Of a stretch of 64,000 bases of DNA, positions 1 to 12,054 are shown in pieces (position 1 is the first letter of the stretch; each line of letters opens with the position of its first letter). Under the pieces are notes generated by a model. It saw nothing but the letters and a program-made list of their open reading frames with translations, made no database searches and was not told where the DNA came from. The stretch comes from an uncultured Pelagibacteraceae bacterium. GTDB taxonomy: Bacteria > Pseudomonadota > Alphaproteobacteria > Pelagibacterales > Pelagibacteraceae. Position numbers and translations under genes: made by a program. The DNA lies in the NCBI GenBank assembly GCA_902541825.1, contig CACBRY010000001.1, positions 31,924 to 95,923 on the forward strand, read 5' to 3'.

Positions 1-609
1 TGATTGAGTATCCGCGTCGTTTAAAAATAGATCTAGACAATCTATAAAATTTGTACCATTGATAGGATCACCTCCAATTCCAATACAGGTTGATTGTCCT
101 AATCCGTTTTCTGTAGTCTGAGCTACTGCTTCATAAGTTAAAGTTCCTGATCTTGAAACTATTCCAACTGTTCCTTTTTTATGAATGTTGCCAGGCATTA
201 TGCCAATTTTACACTCATCAGGAGTTATGACACCTGGGCAGTTGGGTCCAATCAATCTACTTTTTGAATTATTCAATCTCTGTTTAACTTTTAACATGTC
301 CTGAATAGGAATCCCTTCAGTTATACATACAATTAGCTCTATAGATGCATCTATTGCTTCAATAATTGCTGAGGCTGCAAATTTAGCTGGGACGTATATC
401 ATAGTTGCATTAGCTCCCTCAGACTCTCTTGCCTCTTTCACTGTATTAAAAACTGGAAGGCCCAAATGTTTTTGGCCACCCTTTTTTGGTGTCACCCCAC
501 CAACTAAATTTGTTCCATATTTGATTGTTTGCTCAGAGTGAAATGTTCCATGGGAACCTGTAAATCCTTGACAGATTAATCTAGTATTTTTATTGACTAA
601 AACTGACAT
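1..609 (-). CDS. sucD: Succinyl-CoA synthetase alpha subunit (3' end outside window)
   Basis: ATG at 609-607 directly after the sucC stop. Hand translation [27 protein letters not shown]...GPNCPG. Confidence 0.95.
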   Translation of the reverse strand, partial: MSVLVNKNTRLICQGFTGSHGTFHSEQTIKYGTNLVGGVTPKKGGQKHLGLPVFNTVKEARESEGANATMIYVPAKFAASAIIEAIDASIELIVCITEGIPIQDMLKVKQRLNNSKSRLIGPNCPGVITPDECKIGIMPGNIHKKGTVGIVSRSGTLTYEAVAQTTENGLGQSTCIGIGGDPINGTNFIDCLDLFLNDADTQS

Positions 610-1769
610 TTACTTAATTGCCTCAACAATTTTTTTCGCTGCATCATCTAAATTTTCAGCAGATATTAATTTTAAACCTGAATTATCTAATATTTCTTTA
701 CCTTCTTTAAAATTTGTGCCAGCTAGTCTGACTACCAAAGGAACATTGATTTTCATTTCTTTTGCAGCATCTACAACACCTTGAGCTAGAACATCACATC
801 GCATTATGCCACCAAAAATATTGATTAATATACCTTTTACATTTTTATCTGACAAAATTATTTTGAAAGCCGCTGAAACCTTTTCTTTTGATGCTCCCCC
901 ACCGACATCTAAAAAATTTGCTGGCTCTTCTCCATATAATTTTATTATATCCATAGTGGCCATTGCTAAACCAGCTCCATTAACCATGCATCCAATGCTA
1001 CCATCTAATTTGATGTAAGCTAGGTCATGTTTACTAGCTTCAATTTCAGTAGGATCTTCCTCATTCAAATCTCTAAGTTCTAAAATTTCAGGATGTCTAA
1101 ACAAAGCGTTACTATCAAAATTTACCTTTGCATCTAGACAAATAATTTTCTTTTCTTTTGTGAGTATTAAAGGGTTTATTTCAACCATATTTGCGTCAGT
1201 TTCAACAAACATCTTATAAATTGATTTGATTAAAGATATTGCCTCGTTTTTTGGATTGTCCTCTAATTTAAATATTTGTATAATCTTTTCACACTCCTCA
1301 TTTGAAATTTCATCTTTTAATTCTACTTTAGTTGTCAAAATTTTGTCAGGTGATTTGCTTGCTACATCCTCAATGTCCATTCCACCTTGATCACTAGAGA
1401 TAAAAGCAATTTTTGAAGAAGCTCTATCTACCAAACATGATAAATAAAATTCTTTCTCAATATCTGACGAAACTTCAACATATAATCTTTTAACTTCTCT
1501 TCCTTCAGGTCCTGTCTGATGAGTTACTAATTTTTTTCCTAAAAGCTCTTTGGCTGATTTCTCAAGTTCTTCGAGATTATTCAGAATTTTAACACCTCCC
1601 GCTTTCCCTCTTCCACCTGCATGAATTTGAGCTTTTAAAACATATTTTTCTGTTTTTAATGACTTACATTTTTTTAAAAGTTCCTCAACCGTTAAACCAA
1701 ATACACCTTCTGGTACAATCGCTCCAAATTTTTTTAAAATTTGTTTTGCCTGATGCTCGTGTATATTCA

Positions 1770-1770
<1 letters not shown>
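610..1770 (-). CDS. sucC: Succinyl-CoA synthetase beta subunit
   Basis: MNIHEHQAK, KAQIHAGGRGKAGG, NGAGLAMATMD, NIFGGIMRCD motifs. Confidence 0.98.
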
Positions 1771-2735
<965 letters not shown>

Positions 2736-2738
2736 TTA

Positions 2739-4232
2739 TTACTTCATTGTTGGCATCACAAATTCAGCACTAGATCTAATTCCTGAGGGCCATCTTGAGG
2801 TTATCGTTTTTAATTTAGTATAAAATTTTATTCCTTCCATTCCATGCATTGCACTATCTCCAAACAAAGATCTTTTCCAACCACCAAAACTATGAAAAGC
2901 CATCGGCACAGGTATTGGCACATTTATACCAACCATTCCAACCTGAATCTTGCTTGCAAAAGTTCTACCAGCATCTCCATCTCTTGTATAAATACTTACA
3001 CCATTTCCATATTCATGATCATTTATTAATTTAGAAGCTTCCTCAAAAGTTTTAACCCTTACAACAGATAGAACTGGGCCAAATATTTCCTCTTTATAAA
3101 TCCTCATATCTTTTGTCACGTTATCAAATAAACAGCCACCAATGTAAAAGCCATTTTCATATCCTTGTAACTTTAAATTTCTTCCATCAACAACTAATTT
3201 CGCACCCTCTTTTACACCCAAATCAACATAACTTTTTACTTTTTCTAAATGTTCTTTAGTGACTAAAGGGCCCATTTCTGAGTTTTTGTCCATTCCTGGT
3301 CCAACTTTTAAAGCCTCTGCTTTTTTTGATAATCTAGACACTAATTCATCTCCAATATCACCAACTGCTACAGCCACTGACTGAGCCATACATCTTTCTC
3401 CAGCGGAGCCATAAGCTGCACCCATTAAGCCATTTACAGCACCATCTAAATCACAGTCTGGCATTACTACTAAATGATTTTTAGCTCCTCCTAATGCCTG
3501 AACTCTTTTTTCATTTTTTGCTGAATTTTCATAAATATATTTAGCAATAGGAGTTGAACCAACAAAACTAACTGCTTTAATATCTTTGTTATTTAAAATT
3601 GCATCTACTACTTCTTTGTCTCCATTTATCACATTAAATACACCGTCTGGAAGACCAGCTTCTTTCAATAATTCTGCTAATCTTATTGCACAAGAAGGGT
3701 CTTTTTCTGATGGCTTTAATATAAATGTATTTCCGCATGCAATAGCAATTGGAAACATCCACATCGGAACCATAGCTGGAAAATTAAATGGTGTTATTCC
3801 GGCAACAACACCTAGTGGTTGACGCATTGACCAGCTGTCAACATCTGTCCCTACATTTTCTGAAAATTCTCCTTTAAGTAAATGTGGAATTCCACAAGCA
3901 AATTCTACAACTTCTAATCCTCGTGTTAATGAGCCTTTTGCATCCTCATAAACTTTTCCATGTTCAGAAACAATTAATTGTGTCAATTCATCAGAATTTT
4001 TTTCTATTAACTCTTTAAATTTAAACATTATCCTTGCCCTTTGAAGTGAAGGTTTTATTGACCATGTCTCAAAAGCTTTTTTTGCAATTACTACTGCTTG
4101 GTCTAAGTCACTAGAGGAGGCAAGTCTTACTTCCTTTTCCTGTTCACCAGTAGCGGGGTTAAAAACTTTTCCTTTTTTTTTTGAACCTCCAGGGATTATT
4201 TTCCCACCTACAAAATGTTCAATTAATTTCAT
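2739..4232 (-). CDS. mmsA: CoA-acylating (methyl)malonate-semialdehyde dehydrogenase
   Basis: ITPFNFPAMVPMWM, GAAYGSAGERCMA, EEIFGPV, GINVPIPVP. Confidence 0.93.
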   Translation of the reverse strand: MKLIEHFVGGKIIPGGSKKKGKVFNPATGEQEKEVRLASSSDLDQAVVIAKKAFETWSIKPSLQRARIMFKFKELIEKNSDELTQLIVSEHGKVYEDAKGSLTRGLEVVEFACGIPHLLKGEFSENVGTDVDSWSMRQPLGVVAGITPFNFPAMVPMWMFPIAIACGNTFILKPSEKDPSCAIRLAELLKEAGLPDGVFNVINGDKEVVDAILNNKDIKAVSFVGSTPIAKYIYENSAKNEKRVQALGGAKNHLVVMPDCDLDGAVNGLMGAAYGSAGERCMAQSVAVAVGDIGDELVSRLSKKAEALKVGPGMDKNSEMGPLVTKEHLEKVKSYVDLGVKEGAKLVVDGRNLKLQGYENGFYIGGCLFDNVTKDMRIYKEEIFGPVLSVVRVKTFEEASKLINDHEYGNGVSIYTRDGDAGRTFASKIQVGMVGINVPIPVPMAFHSFGGWKRSLFGDSAMHGMEGIKFYTKLKTITSRWPSGIRSSAEFVMPTMK

Positions 4233-4274
4233 GAATAGGATCTTTTAGATTAAAAATTCTTATTAGTCTATTGT

Positions 4275-5054
4275 TTAAATATTGGCTGTTGCTAACATTT
4301 TTTTTATTTCAGCGATTGCCTTTGCAGGGTTTAAACCTTTGGGGCATGCACTAGTACAGTTTAGAATAGTATGACAACGATATAATTTTAATTCATCAGC
4401 TACTTTTTTTAATCTGGCCTGTCTTTCCTCATCTCTACTATCAATGATCCATCTATAAGCTTGTAATAAAACTGCAGGTCCTAAATACTTATCTCCATTC
4501 CACCAATAACTTGGGCAAGAAGTAGAACAACAAGCACACATAATACATTCATAAGCACCGTCAAGCTTAGCTCTATCCTCTTTTGACTGAATCAATTCAG
4601 CTGACTCAGATTTTGAACTCGATTTTAACCATGGCTCAATAGATTTATATTGCTTGTATAATCCATCTAAATCTCCGATTAGGTCTTTTTTAACTTTTAA
4701 GTGTGGTAACGGATAAATATCAATATCTCCATCAATATTTTCATGGGGAGTTGTGCAAGCAAGACCATTTTTACCACCTATGTTCATTGCACATGACCCG
4801 CATACGCCATGAGCGCATGATCGTCTGTAAGCAAGGGTGGGGTCTATTTCATTTTTAATTTTATTTAAAATATCCAATACTTTGGATGGACAGTTATCCA
4901 TATCAACTTCATATGTATCTATTCTCGGACCTTCTCCTGAAGATGGATCCCATCTATATACATTAACTTTTCTTAAATTTTTTGAACCGGTTTTGTCCTT
5001 AAAATATTTACCTTTTTTTGTTTTGGAATTCTCAGGTAAACTGATTTGCACCAT
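4275..5054 (-). CDS. sdhB: Succinate dehydrogenase Fe-S subunit
   Basis: [37 protein letters not shown] cluster motifs. Confidence 0.97.
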   Translation of the reverse strand: MVQISLPENSKTKKGKYFKDKTGSKNLRKVNVYRWDPSSGEGPRIDTYEVDMDNCPSKVLDILNKIKNEIDPTLAYRRSCAHGVCGSCAMNIGGKNGLACTTPHENIDGDIDIYPLPHLKVKKDLIGDLDGLYKQYKSIEPWLKSSSKSESAELIQSKEDRAKLDGAYECIMCACCSTSCPSYWWNGDKYLGPAVLLQAYRWIIDSRDEERQARLKKVADELKLYRCHTILNCTSACPKGLNPAKAIAEIKKMLATANI

Positions 5055-6829
5055 TAATATACTCTCTCCTGAGGTGGAAAATACTGTACTTCATTGGTTA
5101 ATGTAGACTTATGAACATCTCTATAACTTATTTTGGATTTTTTTCCATCACTCCAAGCTAATGTATGTTGCATAAACTTCTCATCATCTCTTTTTGGATA
5201 ATCTTCTCTTGCATGAGCTCCTCTACTTTCTTTCCTATTATAAGCGGAGTCAACTGTCACAACAGCTTGTCTAATTAAATTATCAAATTCTAAAGTTTCT
5301 ACTAGGTCAGTATTAAAGATTAATGATTTATCTTTAACTGATAAAGAATCCAATCCATCAAATGTTTGTCGTATTTCATCAACACCCTCTTTAAGTGTTT
5401 TCTCTGTTCTAAAAACCGCACATTTTGATTGCATTGTTTTTTGCATGGACAGTCTTAGTTCAGCAGTACCAATATCTCCATCAGAATTTCTAATCTTATC
5501 AAAACGATCTAAACATTTTTGAGTTTCTGACTCATTGATCTCCTCATGTGGTGTACCAGATTTAATTAGTTCAGCAGCTCTTTTTGCAGCTGCTCTTCCA
5601 AAAACAACAAGATCAATCAAAGAGTTAGAGCCCAATCTATTTGCTCCATGAACTGAAACACAAGCTGCTTCTCCTATAGCCATAAGTCCTGGAACAGTTT
5701 TTTCAGAACCATTTACAGTCAAAACTTCTGCTTTATAATTGGTTGGTATACCGCCCATGTTATAATGAACTGTGGGTACAACTGGAATTGGTTCCTTAGT
5801 AACATCTACATTAGCAAATAATCTTGCTGCATCTGTTATACCTGGCAATCTACTTTCTATTATTTCTTTATCTAGATGACTCAAGTTTAAGTGAACATGA
5901 TCTTGATCTTTTCCAACTCCTCTTCCTTCATTAATTTCAATTGACATTGATCTACTTACAACATCGCGTGATGCTAAATCCTTAGCTTTAGGAGCGTATC
6001 TTTCCATAAATCTTTCACCCTTAGAATTTGTAAGATAACCTCCTTCACCTCTCGCACCTTCTGTTATTAAGGTGCCGTGTCCATAAATTCCAGTTGGATG
6101 AAATTGTACAAACTCCATGTCTTGTAACGGTAGACCTGCTCTTAACACCATTGCATTTCCATCACCAGTACATGTATGAGCAGATGTTGCAGAATAGTAA
6201 ACTTTTCCGTAGCCACCTGTAGCTATAATAACAATATGAGATCTAAATCGATGAATAGTTCCATCATTTAAATTCCATGCTATCAATCCTTTACATTCCC
6301 CATCTTTCATTAAAAGATCGAGAGCAAAATACTCAATAAAAAACTCTGTCTTATGTTTTAAAGCTTGACCATATAGAGTGTGCAAAATTGCGTGTCCTGT
6401 TCGATCAGCTGCAGCACATGTTCTTTGGACTATTCCATTTCCATAATTTTTGGTCATACCACCAAAAGGTCTTTGATAAATTTTGCCATCCTCTGTTCTG
6501 CTAAATGGAACACCATATTTTTCCAATTCAATAACTGCCTTAGGTGCTTCTTTGCAAAGATACTCAATGCTATCTTGGTCTCCTAACCAATCTGCTCCTT
6601 TTACAGTGTCATACATATGCCAACGCCAATCGTCTTCGCCCATGTTTCCAAGGGCAGCTGAAATTCCACCTTGCGCAGCAGAAGTATGACTTCTTGTTGG
6701 AAATACTTTTGAAATACATGCAGTTTTTAATCCTGCTTCACTTAAACCAACAGCAGCTCTTAAGCCGGAACCACCAGCACCAAGGACTACAACGTCATAT
6801 TCATGATCTATTATTTTATATGAACTCAT
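5054..6829 (-). CDS. sdhA: Succinate dehydrogenase flavoprotein
   Basis: [10 protein letters not shown] (FAD-His), [23 protein letters not shown]. Confidence 0.98.
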   Translation of the reverse strand: MSSYKIIDHEYDVVVLGAGGSGLRAAVGLSEAGLKTACISKVFPTRSHTSAAQGGISAALGNMGEDDWRWHMYDTVKGADWLGDQDSIEYLCKEAPKAVIELEKYGVPFSRTEDGKIYQRPFGGMTKNYGNGIVQRTCAAADRTGHAILHTLYGQALKHKTEFFIEYFALDLLMKDGECKGLIAWNLNDGTIHRFRSHIVIIATGGYGKVYYSATSAHTCTGDGNAMVLRAGLPLQDMEFVQFHPTGIYGHGTLITEGARGEGGYLTNSKGERFMERYAPKAKDLASRDVVSRSMSIEINEGRGVGKDQDHVHLNLSHLDKEIIESRLPGITDAARLFANVDVTKEPIPVVPTVHYNMGGIPTNYKAEVLTVNGSEKTVPGLMAIGEAACVSVHGANRLGSNSLIDLVVFGRAAAKRAAELIKSGTPHEEINESETQKCLDRFDKIRNSDGDIGTAELRLSMQKTMQSKCAVFRTEKTLKEGVDEIRQTFDGLDSLSVKDKSLIFNTDLVETLEFDNLIRQAVVTVDSAYNRKESRGAHAREDYPKRDDEKFMQHTLAWSDGKKSKISYRDVHKSTLTNEVQYFPPQERVY

Positions 6830-7149
6830 AAGCTAGAGATTAATATAATTGTAATTAGAGGAATTACTACTGCTGATGCATATAAAAGCTTATTTGCGAC
6901 ACTTTTGATTTTGTCATTTTTAATATAATCCTCAAAAACCTCACTTATACTTAAAGCTGAAAAAAAATAAGCATTTATTATAAAAATGCTAAACAAAAAT
7001 TTAGATAAAGGCTTTGTAAAAAATTCTATTAAATTTAAGTATTCTTTATCATAAATCATTGTGAAATTTAAAATAAACCATGTCATCAATGGCACTAGTA
7101 AAACTCCACTTATCTTTAAAAAAATCCATTTTTTAGTCGCACTAATCAT
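6826..7149 (-). CDS. sdhD: Succinate dehydrogenase membrane anchor (heme His absent)
   Basis: 3 TM helices, EDY motif, position between sdhC and sdhA. Confidence 0.88.
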   Translation of the reverse strand: MISATKKWIFLKISGVLLVPLMTWFILNFTMIYDKEYLNLIEFFTKPLSKFLFSIFIINAYFFSALSISEVFEDYIKNDKIKSVANKLLYASAVVIPLITIILISSL

Positions 7150-7150
7150 A

Positions 7151-7534
7151 CTAAATAAAATTTTTTCCTAATGTAAAAAAAATAATCGTCAAAATTATTG
7201 ATCCAAATATTACTATTAAACCCGTAATCCTAGTTATCTTAAGTTCAAAACCATAACCTAAATCCATTATTAAGTGTCGGATTTCACTTAATATTTGAAA
7301 TGAAAAAGACCATGTGATTCCCAAAATTATAAATTTTCCAAATAAAGATTTTAAAAATAAATTAATTGCTTCATAATTATTTTCGCCAAGAAGAAGTAAG
7401 CAAGACCAAATACAAATAAAAGTAATTCCAATAATATTTATTATTCCTGTAATTCTATGAGTAATTGAAACCAAAGAAGAAATATGCCATCTATAAATTT
7501 GAATATGTGGCGATAGAGGAGTTTTATTTTCCAT
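7151..7534 (-). CDS. sdhC: Succinate dehydrogenase cytochrome b556-like subunit
   Basis: PLSPHIQIYR, SITHRITG, IRHLIMD motifs. Confidence 0.93.
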   Translation of the reverse strand: MENKTPLSPHIQIYRWHISSLVSITHRITGIINIIGITFICIWSCLLLLGENNYEAINLFLKSLFGKFIILGITWSFSFQILSEIRHLIMDLGYGFELKITRITGLIVIFGSIILTIIFFTLGKNFI

Positions 7535-8531
7535 AAAAATTATTTTTAATTAATGTTTCAGCTATTTCAACTGCATTCAATGCAGCGCCTCTTAAAAGAT
7601 TATCAGATACAATCCACAAATTTAATCCATTTTTTATTGTTTTATCTTCTCTTATCCTTGAAATAAAAGTTTCATCTTTTCCTTCTGCCTCTAATGGTGT
7701 CGAGTAACCTCCATCAATTCTTTCATCAATTACTTTGCAACCATCAAAACTATTCAATGCTTTTTTAATTTGTTCTAACGAAAAAGATTTCTCAAATTGA
7801 ATATTTACCGACTCTGAGTGAGAGACAGATATTGGTAACCTAACACATGTTGCTGTTAGATCGATTTTGTCATCTAAGATTTTTTTAGTCTCGTTTCTCA
7901 TTTTTAACTCTTCTTTCGTGTAGCCATCTTCTGAAAAAACATCGATATGTGGAATAGCATTAAAAGCAATCGGTTTTGTAAAATTTTCAGATTTAATATC
8001 TTTACCTTCTAAAGCTAATTTAGTTTGTTTAATCAGTTCATCCATAGAGGCTTTACCAGCACCAGAAACAGATTGGTATGTTGAAACAACTATTCTTTTA
8101 ATTACAAATAAATCATGTAATGGTTTTAATGCGATTACTAATTGTGCTGTTGAGCAATTAGGATTTGCAATAATATTTTTTTTAATATTGTTTAAAGCAT
8201 CTGAATTTACCTGCGGGACTATTAAAGGAACATCCGGATCCATTCTGAAAAAACTAGAATTATCAATCACTAAACAATGCTTGGCTGCTTTTTCAGCAAA
8301 TTTTTCAGAAATTTTACCGCCTGCTGCAAAAAAAGCGATTTTAACTTTGGAAAAATCAAAATTTTCTAATTCACTCACCACAATATCTTTACCTTGAAAA
8401 TGAATTTTTTTTCCAGCGCTTTTAGACGAAGCAACTAAGTAAAGATTTCCTAAAGTAAGTCCTTTTTTTTTGAGAACTTCCAGAGTTTTTCTTCCGACAT
8501 TACCTGTTGCTCCTACTATTGCTATATTCAT
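7524..8531 (-). CDS. asd: Aspartate-semialdehyde dehydrogenase
   Basis: GATGNVG, ANPNCST, YQSVSGAG, DNLLRGAALN. Confidence 0.97.
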   Translation of the reverse strand: MNIAIVGATGNVGRKTLEVLKKKGLTLGNLYLVASSKSAGKKIHFQGKDIVVSELENFDFSKVKIAFFAAGGKISEKFAEKAAKHCLVIDNSSFFRMDPDVPLIVPQVNSDALNNIKKNIIANPNCSTAQLVIALKPLHDLFVIKRIVVSTYQSVSGAGKASMDELIKQTKLALEGKDIKSENFTKPIAFNAIPHIDVFSEDGYTKEELKMRNETKKILDDKIDLTATCVRLPISVSHSESVNIQFEKSFSLEQIKKALNSFDGCKVIDERIDGGYSTPLEAEGKDETFISRIREDKTIKNGLNLWIVSDNLLRGAALNAVEIAETLIKNNFYGK

Positions 8532-8546
8532 GATGTAGGGTTTATA

Positions 8547-9656
8547 CTAGATGAAAGGTAAATCGCAAACTTTTACAGCTATTAAATTTCCATCAATTTC
8601 CAATAATCCTGTAGCAGATGCTTTACAATGCGGCTCATTTATCATTGCAATACCTATAGACTTTTTAAAATGAGGTGAATAACAGGCAGATCTTAAATCC
8701 CCAATTAAATTTCCTTTTTCATCTTTGATATTAAGAGATTTAATTAAATTAATTTTGCTAATATCAATCTGAACACCCATTAATTTTCTTTTAATCCCGT
8801 CTTTTTGAATCTTTTTCAATTCTTCCTTACCTAAGAAATCTATATCTGTATCTAGATTTACATACTTTTCAAAACCACATTCAAATGGATTATCATTATT
8901 GTCAAAATCATTTCCATAAGAAAGTAAACCACTTTCTATTCTTTCAATTAAATTTGGACATCCAGCTTTTACATTAAATTCTTTTCCTAATACAAAGAGT
9001 TGATCATATAAATCTAATCCAGATTTGGTATTTTCAACATAGATCTCAAAACCTCCTTGTTTTGACCAACCAGATCTAGCAATTAAATGTTTTACACCCT
9101 CAAAATCATAATAATCAAATCCAAAAAATTTTAACTCTTTTATCTCCTTACCAAAAATTTTTTCCATCAAATCAAAAGATTTGGGTCCTTGAATTGCTAA
9201 GATATCAACATTAGGCTCAAAAATTTTTACATTGAATTTATTTCCTGATGCTAATCCTTTTGCAAAAAAAATAACATCGGAGTCAGCAATTGAGATCCAC
9301 CATCTATCTTCAGCTAGCTTTAAAATAACTGGATCATTTACTAAATTTCCACTTTCATCAATTATTGGGCAATAATAACATCTGCCAATTTTGGAATTGG
9401 ATAAATCTCTACAGGTCATAAGTTGAACAAGTTTCGCTGCATCATTGCCTGAAATTTCAACCTGTCTTTCTGCTGATACATCCCATACTTGAACATTTTT
9501 TTTTAAATGATCACAGGATTCTTCTAAAGATCCAAATGCCGCTGGTAACAGCATATGATTATAAACTGTGTAGGCAGTCACACCTTGATTTTCAATTCTT
9601 GAAGTATACGGAGTACTTCTCACTCTTCTTGATTTAGCTATTGGATAACTTTTCAT
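8547..9656 (-). CDS. dmdA: Dimethylsulfoniopropionate demethylase (GcvT-like)
   Basis: [53 protein letters not shown]; closely resembles recalled SAR11 DmdA. Confidence 0.92.
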   Translation of the reverse strand: MKSYPIAKSRRVRSTPYTSRIENQGVTAYTVYNHMLLPAAFGSLEESCDHLKKNVQVWDVSAERQVEISGNDAAKLVQLMTCRDLSNSKIGRCYYCPIIDESGNLVNDPVILKLAEDRWWISIADSDVIFFAKGLASGNKFNVKIFEPNVDILAIQGPKSFDLMEKIFGKEIKELKFFGFDYYDFEGVKHLIARSGWSKQGGFEIYVENTKSGLDLYDQLFVLGKEFNVKAGCPNLIERIESGLLSYGNDFDNNDNPFECGFEKYVNLDTDIDFLGKEELKKIQKDGIKRKLMGVQIDISKINLIKSLNIKDEKGNLIGDLRSACYSPHFKKSIGIAMINEPHCKASATGLLEIDGNLIAVKVCDLPFI

Positions 9657-10429
9657 TTATTTAAGAATTCTAAAATCTTTTCTCTCATTTCGAATGCTTT
9701 TTCAATCATTATCATATGGCCACATCCTTTGATCACGTGAGTAGTTGAATTTTTAATCAAATTAGAGAATTTTTTTCCTGCTTCTAAATTAACCATTTTA
9801 TCTAATTCTCCAAATATAAGCATCGATGGTAGATCAATTACTTTTGCAGCCTCAGAGCCATTTGAATAATTGTTACATGCATTTAAATCAATAGCCAAAA
9901 TTTCACTTATATCTCTCGGCGATTGAATGATTTTTTCTACTGGGTTACCACCAATAAACTTTTTTGAACCCTCATATCCCCATTTCATCATTAATTTAAC
10001 AGCGTCTGAGTGTCCACTTTGAGCTAATTCAATTAGATCCGGATGTACCGGCAATTTATTTGAACCTCCAACAAAAACTAATTTTTTGAGTCTCTCTTTA
10101 TATCTTAAAGAATATTCGAGTATTTCTAAACATCCTTGAGAATGACCAACTAAAATTAAGTTTTTTAATTTTAATTTATCAAATACTTTTTCCATCCAAT
10201 CAGCAATTTTTTCAATACTATCTAAACAAGGACCATCTGAATTTCCATGTCCCGGTAAATCTATAGATAATACATTATAATTTTTTGATGAAAAAAATTG
10301 TTCAGCTAGCGACCAAACAATGTGTGAGAGACCACTTCCATGTAAAAATACTATCGTATCTTTATTTATATCAATACCCTGACCAGAGTCGGATGCATGA
10401 ATGTTTTTGTTTTCTAGTTGGAATATCAA
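9653..10429 (-). CDS. Alpha/beta hydrolase within dmd operon
   Basis: FLHGSG oxyanion loop, DLPGHG, GHSQG nucleophile, GCGHM His; TTG start. Confidence 0.88.
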   Translation of the reverse strand: MIFQLENKNIHASDSGQGIDINKDTIVFLHGSGLSHIVWSLAEQFFSSKNYNVLSIDLPGHGNSDGPCLDSIEKIADWMEKVFDKLKLKNLILVGHSQGCLEILEYSLRYKERLKKLVFVGGSNKLPVHPDLIELAQSGHSDAVKLMMKWGYEGSKKFIGGNPVEKIIQSPRDISEILAIDLNACNNYSNGSEAAKVIDLPSMLIFGELDKMVNLEAGKKFSNLIKNSTTHVIKGCGHMIMIEKAFEMREKILEFLNK

Positions 10430-10437
10430 TTATTTTC

Positions 10438-12054
10438 CTAAAATTTTTTTCTTAACTCAAATTTTTGAATTTTACCTGTTGAAGTCTTTGGTAATTCACA
10501 AAAAACAACTTGTTTCGGCACTTTAAAACCAGCAAGGGTTTCTTTACAAAAACTTATTAATTCTTTTTCTGTAACCGGTTTATCTTGGACCATCTCAATA
10601 AATGCACATGGAACTTCGCCCCATTTTTCATCTGGTTTTGCTACTACTGCTGCAATAGAAACTGATGGATGCTTTGCTAAAGTGTTTTCTATTTCGATTG
10701 AAGAAATATTTTCACCTCCAGAAATAATGATATCTTTGGATCTGTCTTGAATTTTAACATATCCATCTGGATGCATGACCGCTAAATCTCCAGAATGAAA
10801 CCATCCACCATTCATAGCTTTATCTGTAGCATCTTTATCTTTGAAATAGCCCTTCATAACGACATTTCCTTTAATCATGATTTCACCAATCGTTTTTCCG
10901 TCTTTTGGTACTTCTTTCATTGACTCAGGGTCCATAACTGTAATTCCCTCTGTATTAGGGTATCTTACTCCTTGCCTTGCCTTTATCTCATTCTGCTTTT
11001 CTTCATCAAATTCATTCCAAGAGTCGTTCCAAGCACATTGAGTAACATGACCATAGGTTTCTGTTAATCCATAGACATGCATTACTTCAAATCCAAGTTC
11101 TTTCATTTTTTTAAATATGATGCTTGGTGGCGGTGCTCCAGCAGTCAATACATAAACTTTTTGTTTTAGTTTTTTTCTGTCAGACGCAGGAGCTCCTGTA
11201 ATCATATTGAGCACTATTGGCGCCCCTCCAAAATGAGTGACATCATATCTGTCAATTAATTCAAAAATTTTCTTAACATCAATATTTCTTAAGCAAATAG
11301 TTCTTCCATTTAACATGGGAACAGTCCACGGATAACCCCAACCATTACAATGAAACATGGGCACAATAGTCAAAAAATTTAATCTGTTTGGCATATTCCA
11401 TGCAACTGCACTTCCAGTTGACATCAAATATGATCCTCTGTGGTGGTAAACCACCCCCTTAGGGTTTCCAGTAGTTCCTGAAGTATAACTTAGTGACAAC
11501 GCCTGCCATTCATCCTTTGGCATTTCCCAATTATAATTTTCGTCACCAGTATTTAAAAAACTTTCATATTCTAACTCTCCAATTTTCTCACACTTAGATT
11601 GATCTGCAAATTTATCGTTGATATCAATTATTATAATTTTCCTTTTTAAAGTATTTAGGGCCTTTTTTACCTCAACATGAAGTTGCCTATCAACAACTAA
11701 AACTTTTGCCTCACTATGTTTTAAAATATATGCAATTGTCTTAGCATCTAATCTTATATTGATAGTATTAAGAACTGCACCTGTCATTGGAACTGAATAA
11801 TGTCCTTCAAAAATTTCAGGGGTATTAAAAGCTAAAAACGAGACAGTATCACCCTTGCTAACTCCAATTTTATTAAGTGCGCTAGCAAATTTTACAGTTC
11901 GTTTATAAACATGACTCCAAGTATATTTCCTATCTTCATAAATAACTGCTTCATAATTGGGATAAATTTCATAAGCTCTTTTTAAAAAAGTCAAAGGTGT
12001 TAATGGAACATAATTTGCATCATTTTTATCAAGATTAGTTTCGTAATGGCTCAT
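10438..12054 (-). CDS. dmdB: Acyl-CoA ligase, probable methylmercaptopropionate-CoA ligase
   Basis: YTSGTTGNPKG, YGLTETYG, PKTSTGKIQK; between dmdC and dmdA. Confidence 0.85.
   Translation of the reverse strand: MSHYETNLDKNDANYVPLTPLTFLKRAYEIYPNYEAVIYEDRKYTWSHVYKRTVKFASALNKIGVSKGDTVSFLAFNTPEIFEGHYSVPMTGAVLNTINIRLDAKTIAYILKHSEAKVLVVDRQLHVEVKKALNTLKRKIIIIDINDKFADQSKCEKIGELEYESFLNTGDENYNWEMPKDEWQALSLSYTSGTTGNPKGVVYHHRGSYLMSTGSAVAWNMPNRLNFLTIVPMFHCNGWGYPWTVPMLNGRTICLRNIDVKKIFELIDRYDVTHFGGAPIVLNMITGAPASDRKKLKQKVYVLTAGAPPPSIIFKKMKELGFEVMHVYGLTETYGHVTQCAWNDSWNEFDEEKQNEIKARQGVRYPNTEGITVMDPESMKEVPKDGKTIGEIMIKGNVVMKGYFKDKDATDKAMNGGWFHSGDLAVMHPDGYVKIQDRSKDIIISGGENISSIEIENTLAKHPSVSIAAVVAKPDEKWGEVPCAFIEMVQDKPVTEKELISFCKETLAGFKVPKQVVFCELPKTSTGKIQKFELRKKF

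Noticed and set aside
8547-9656. Glycine cleavage T protein
   Set aside because: Motifs and dmdB/dmdC context fit DmdA; no gcvH/gcvP nearby
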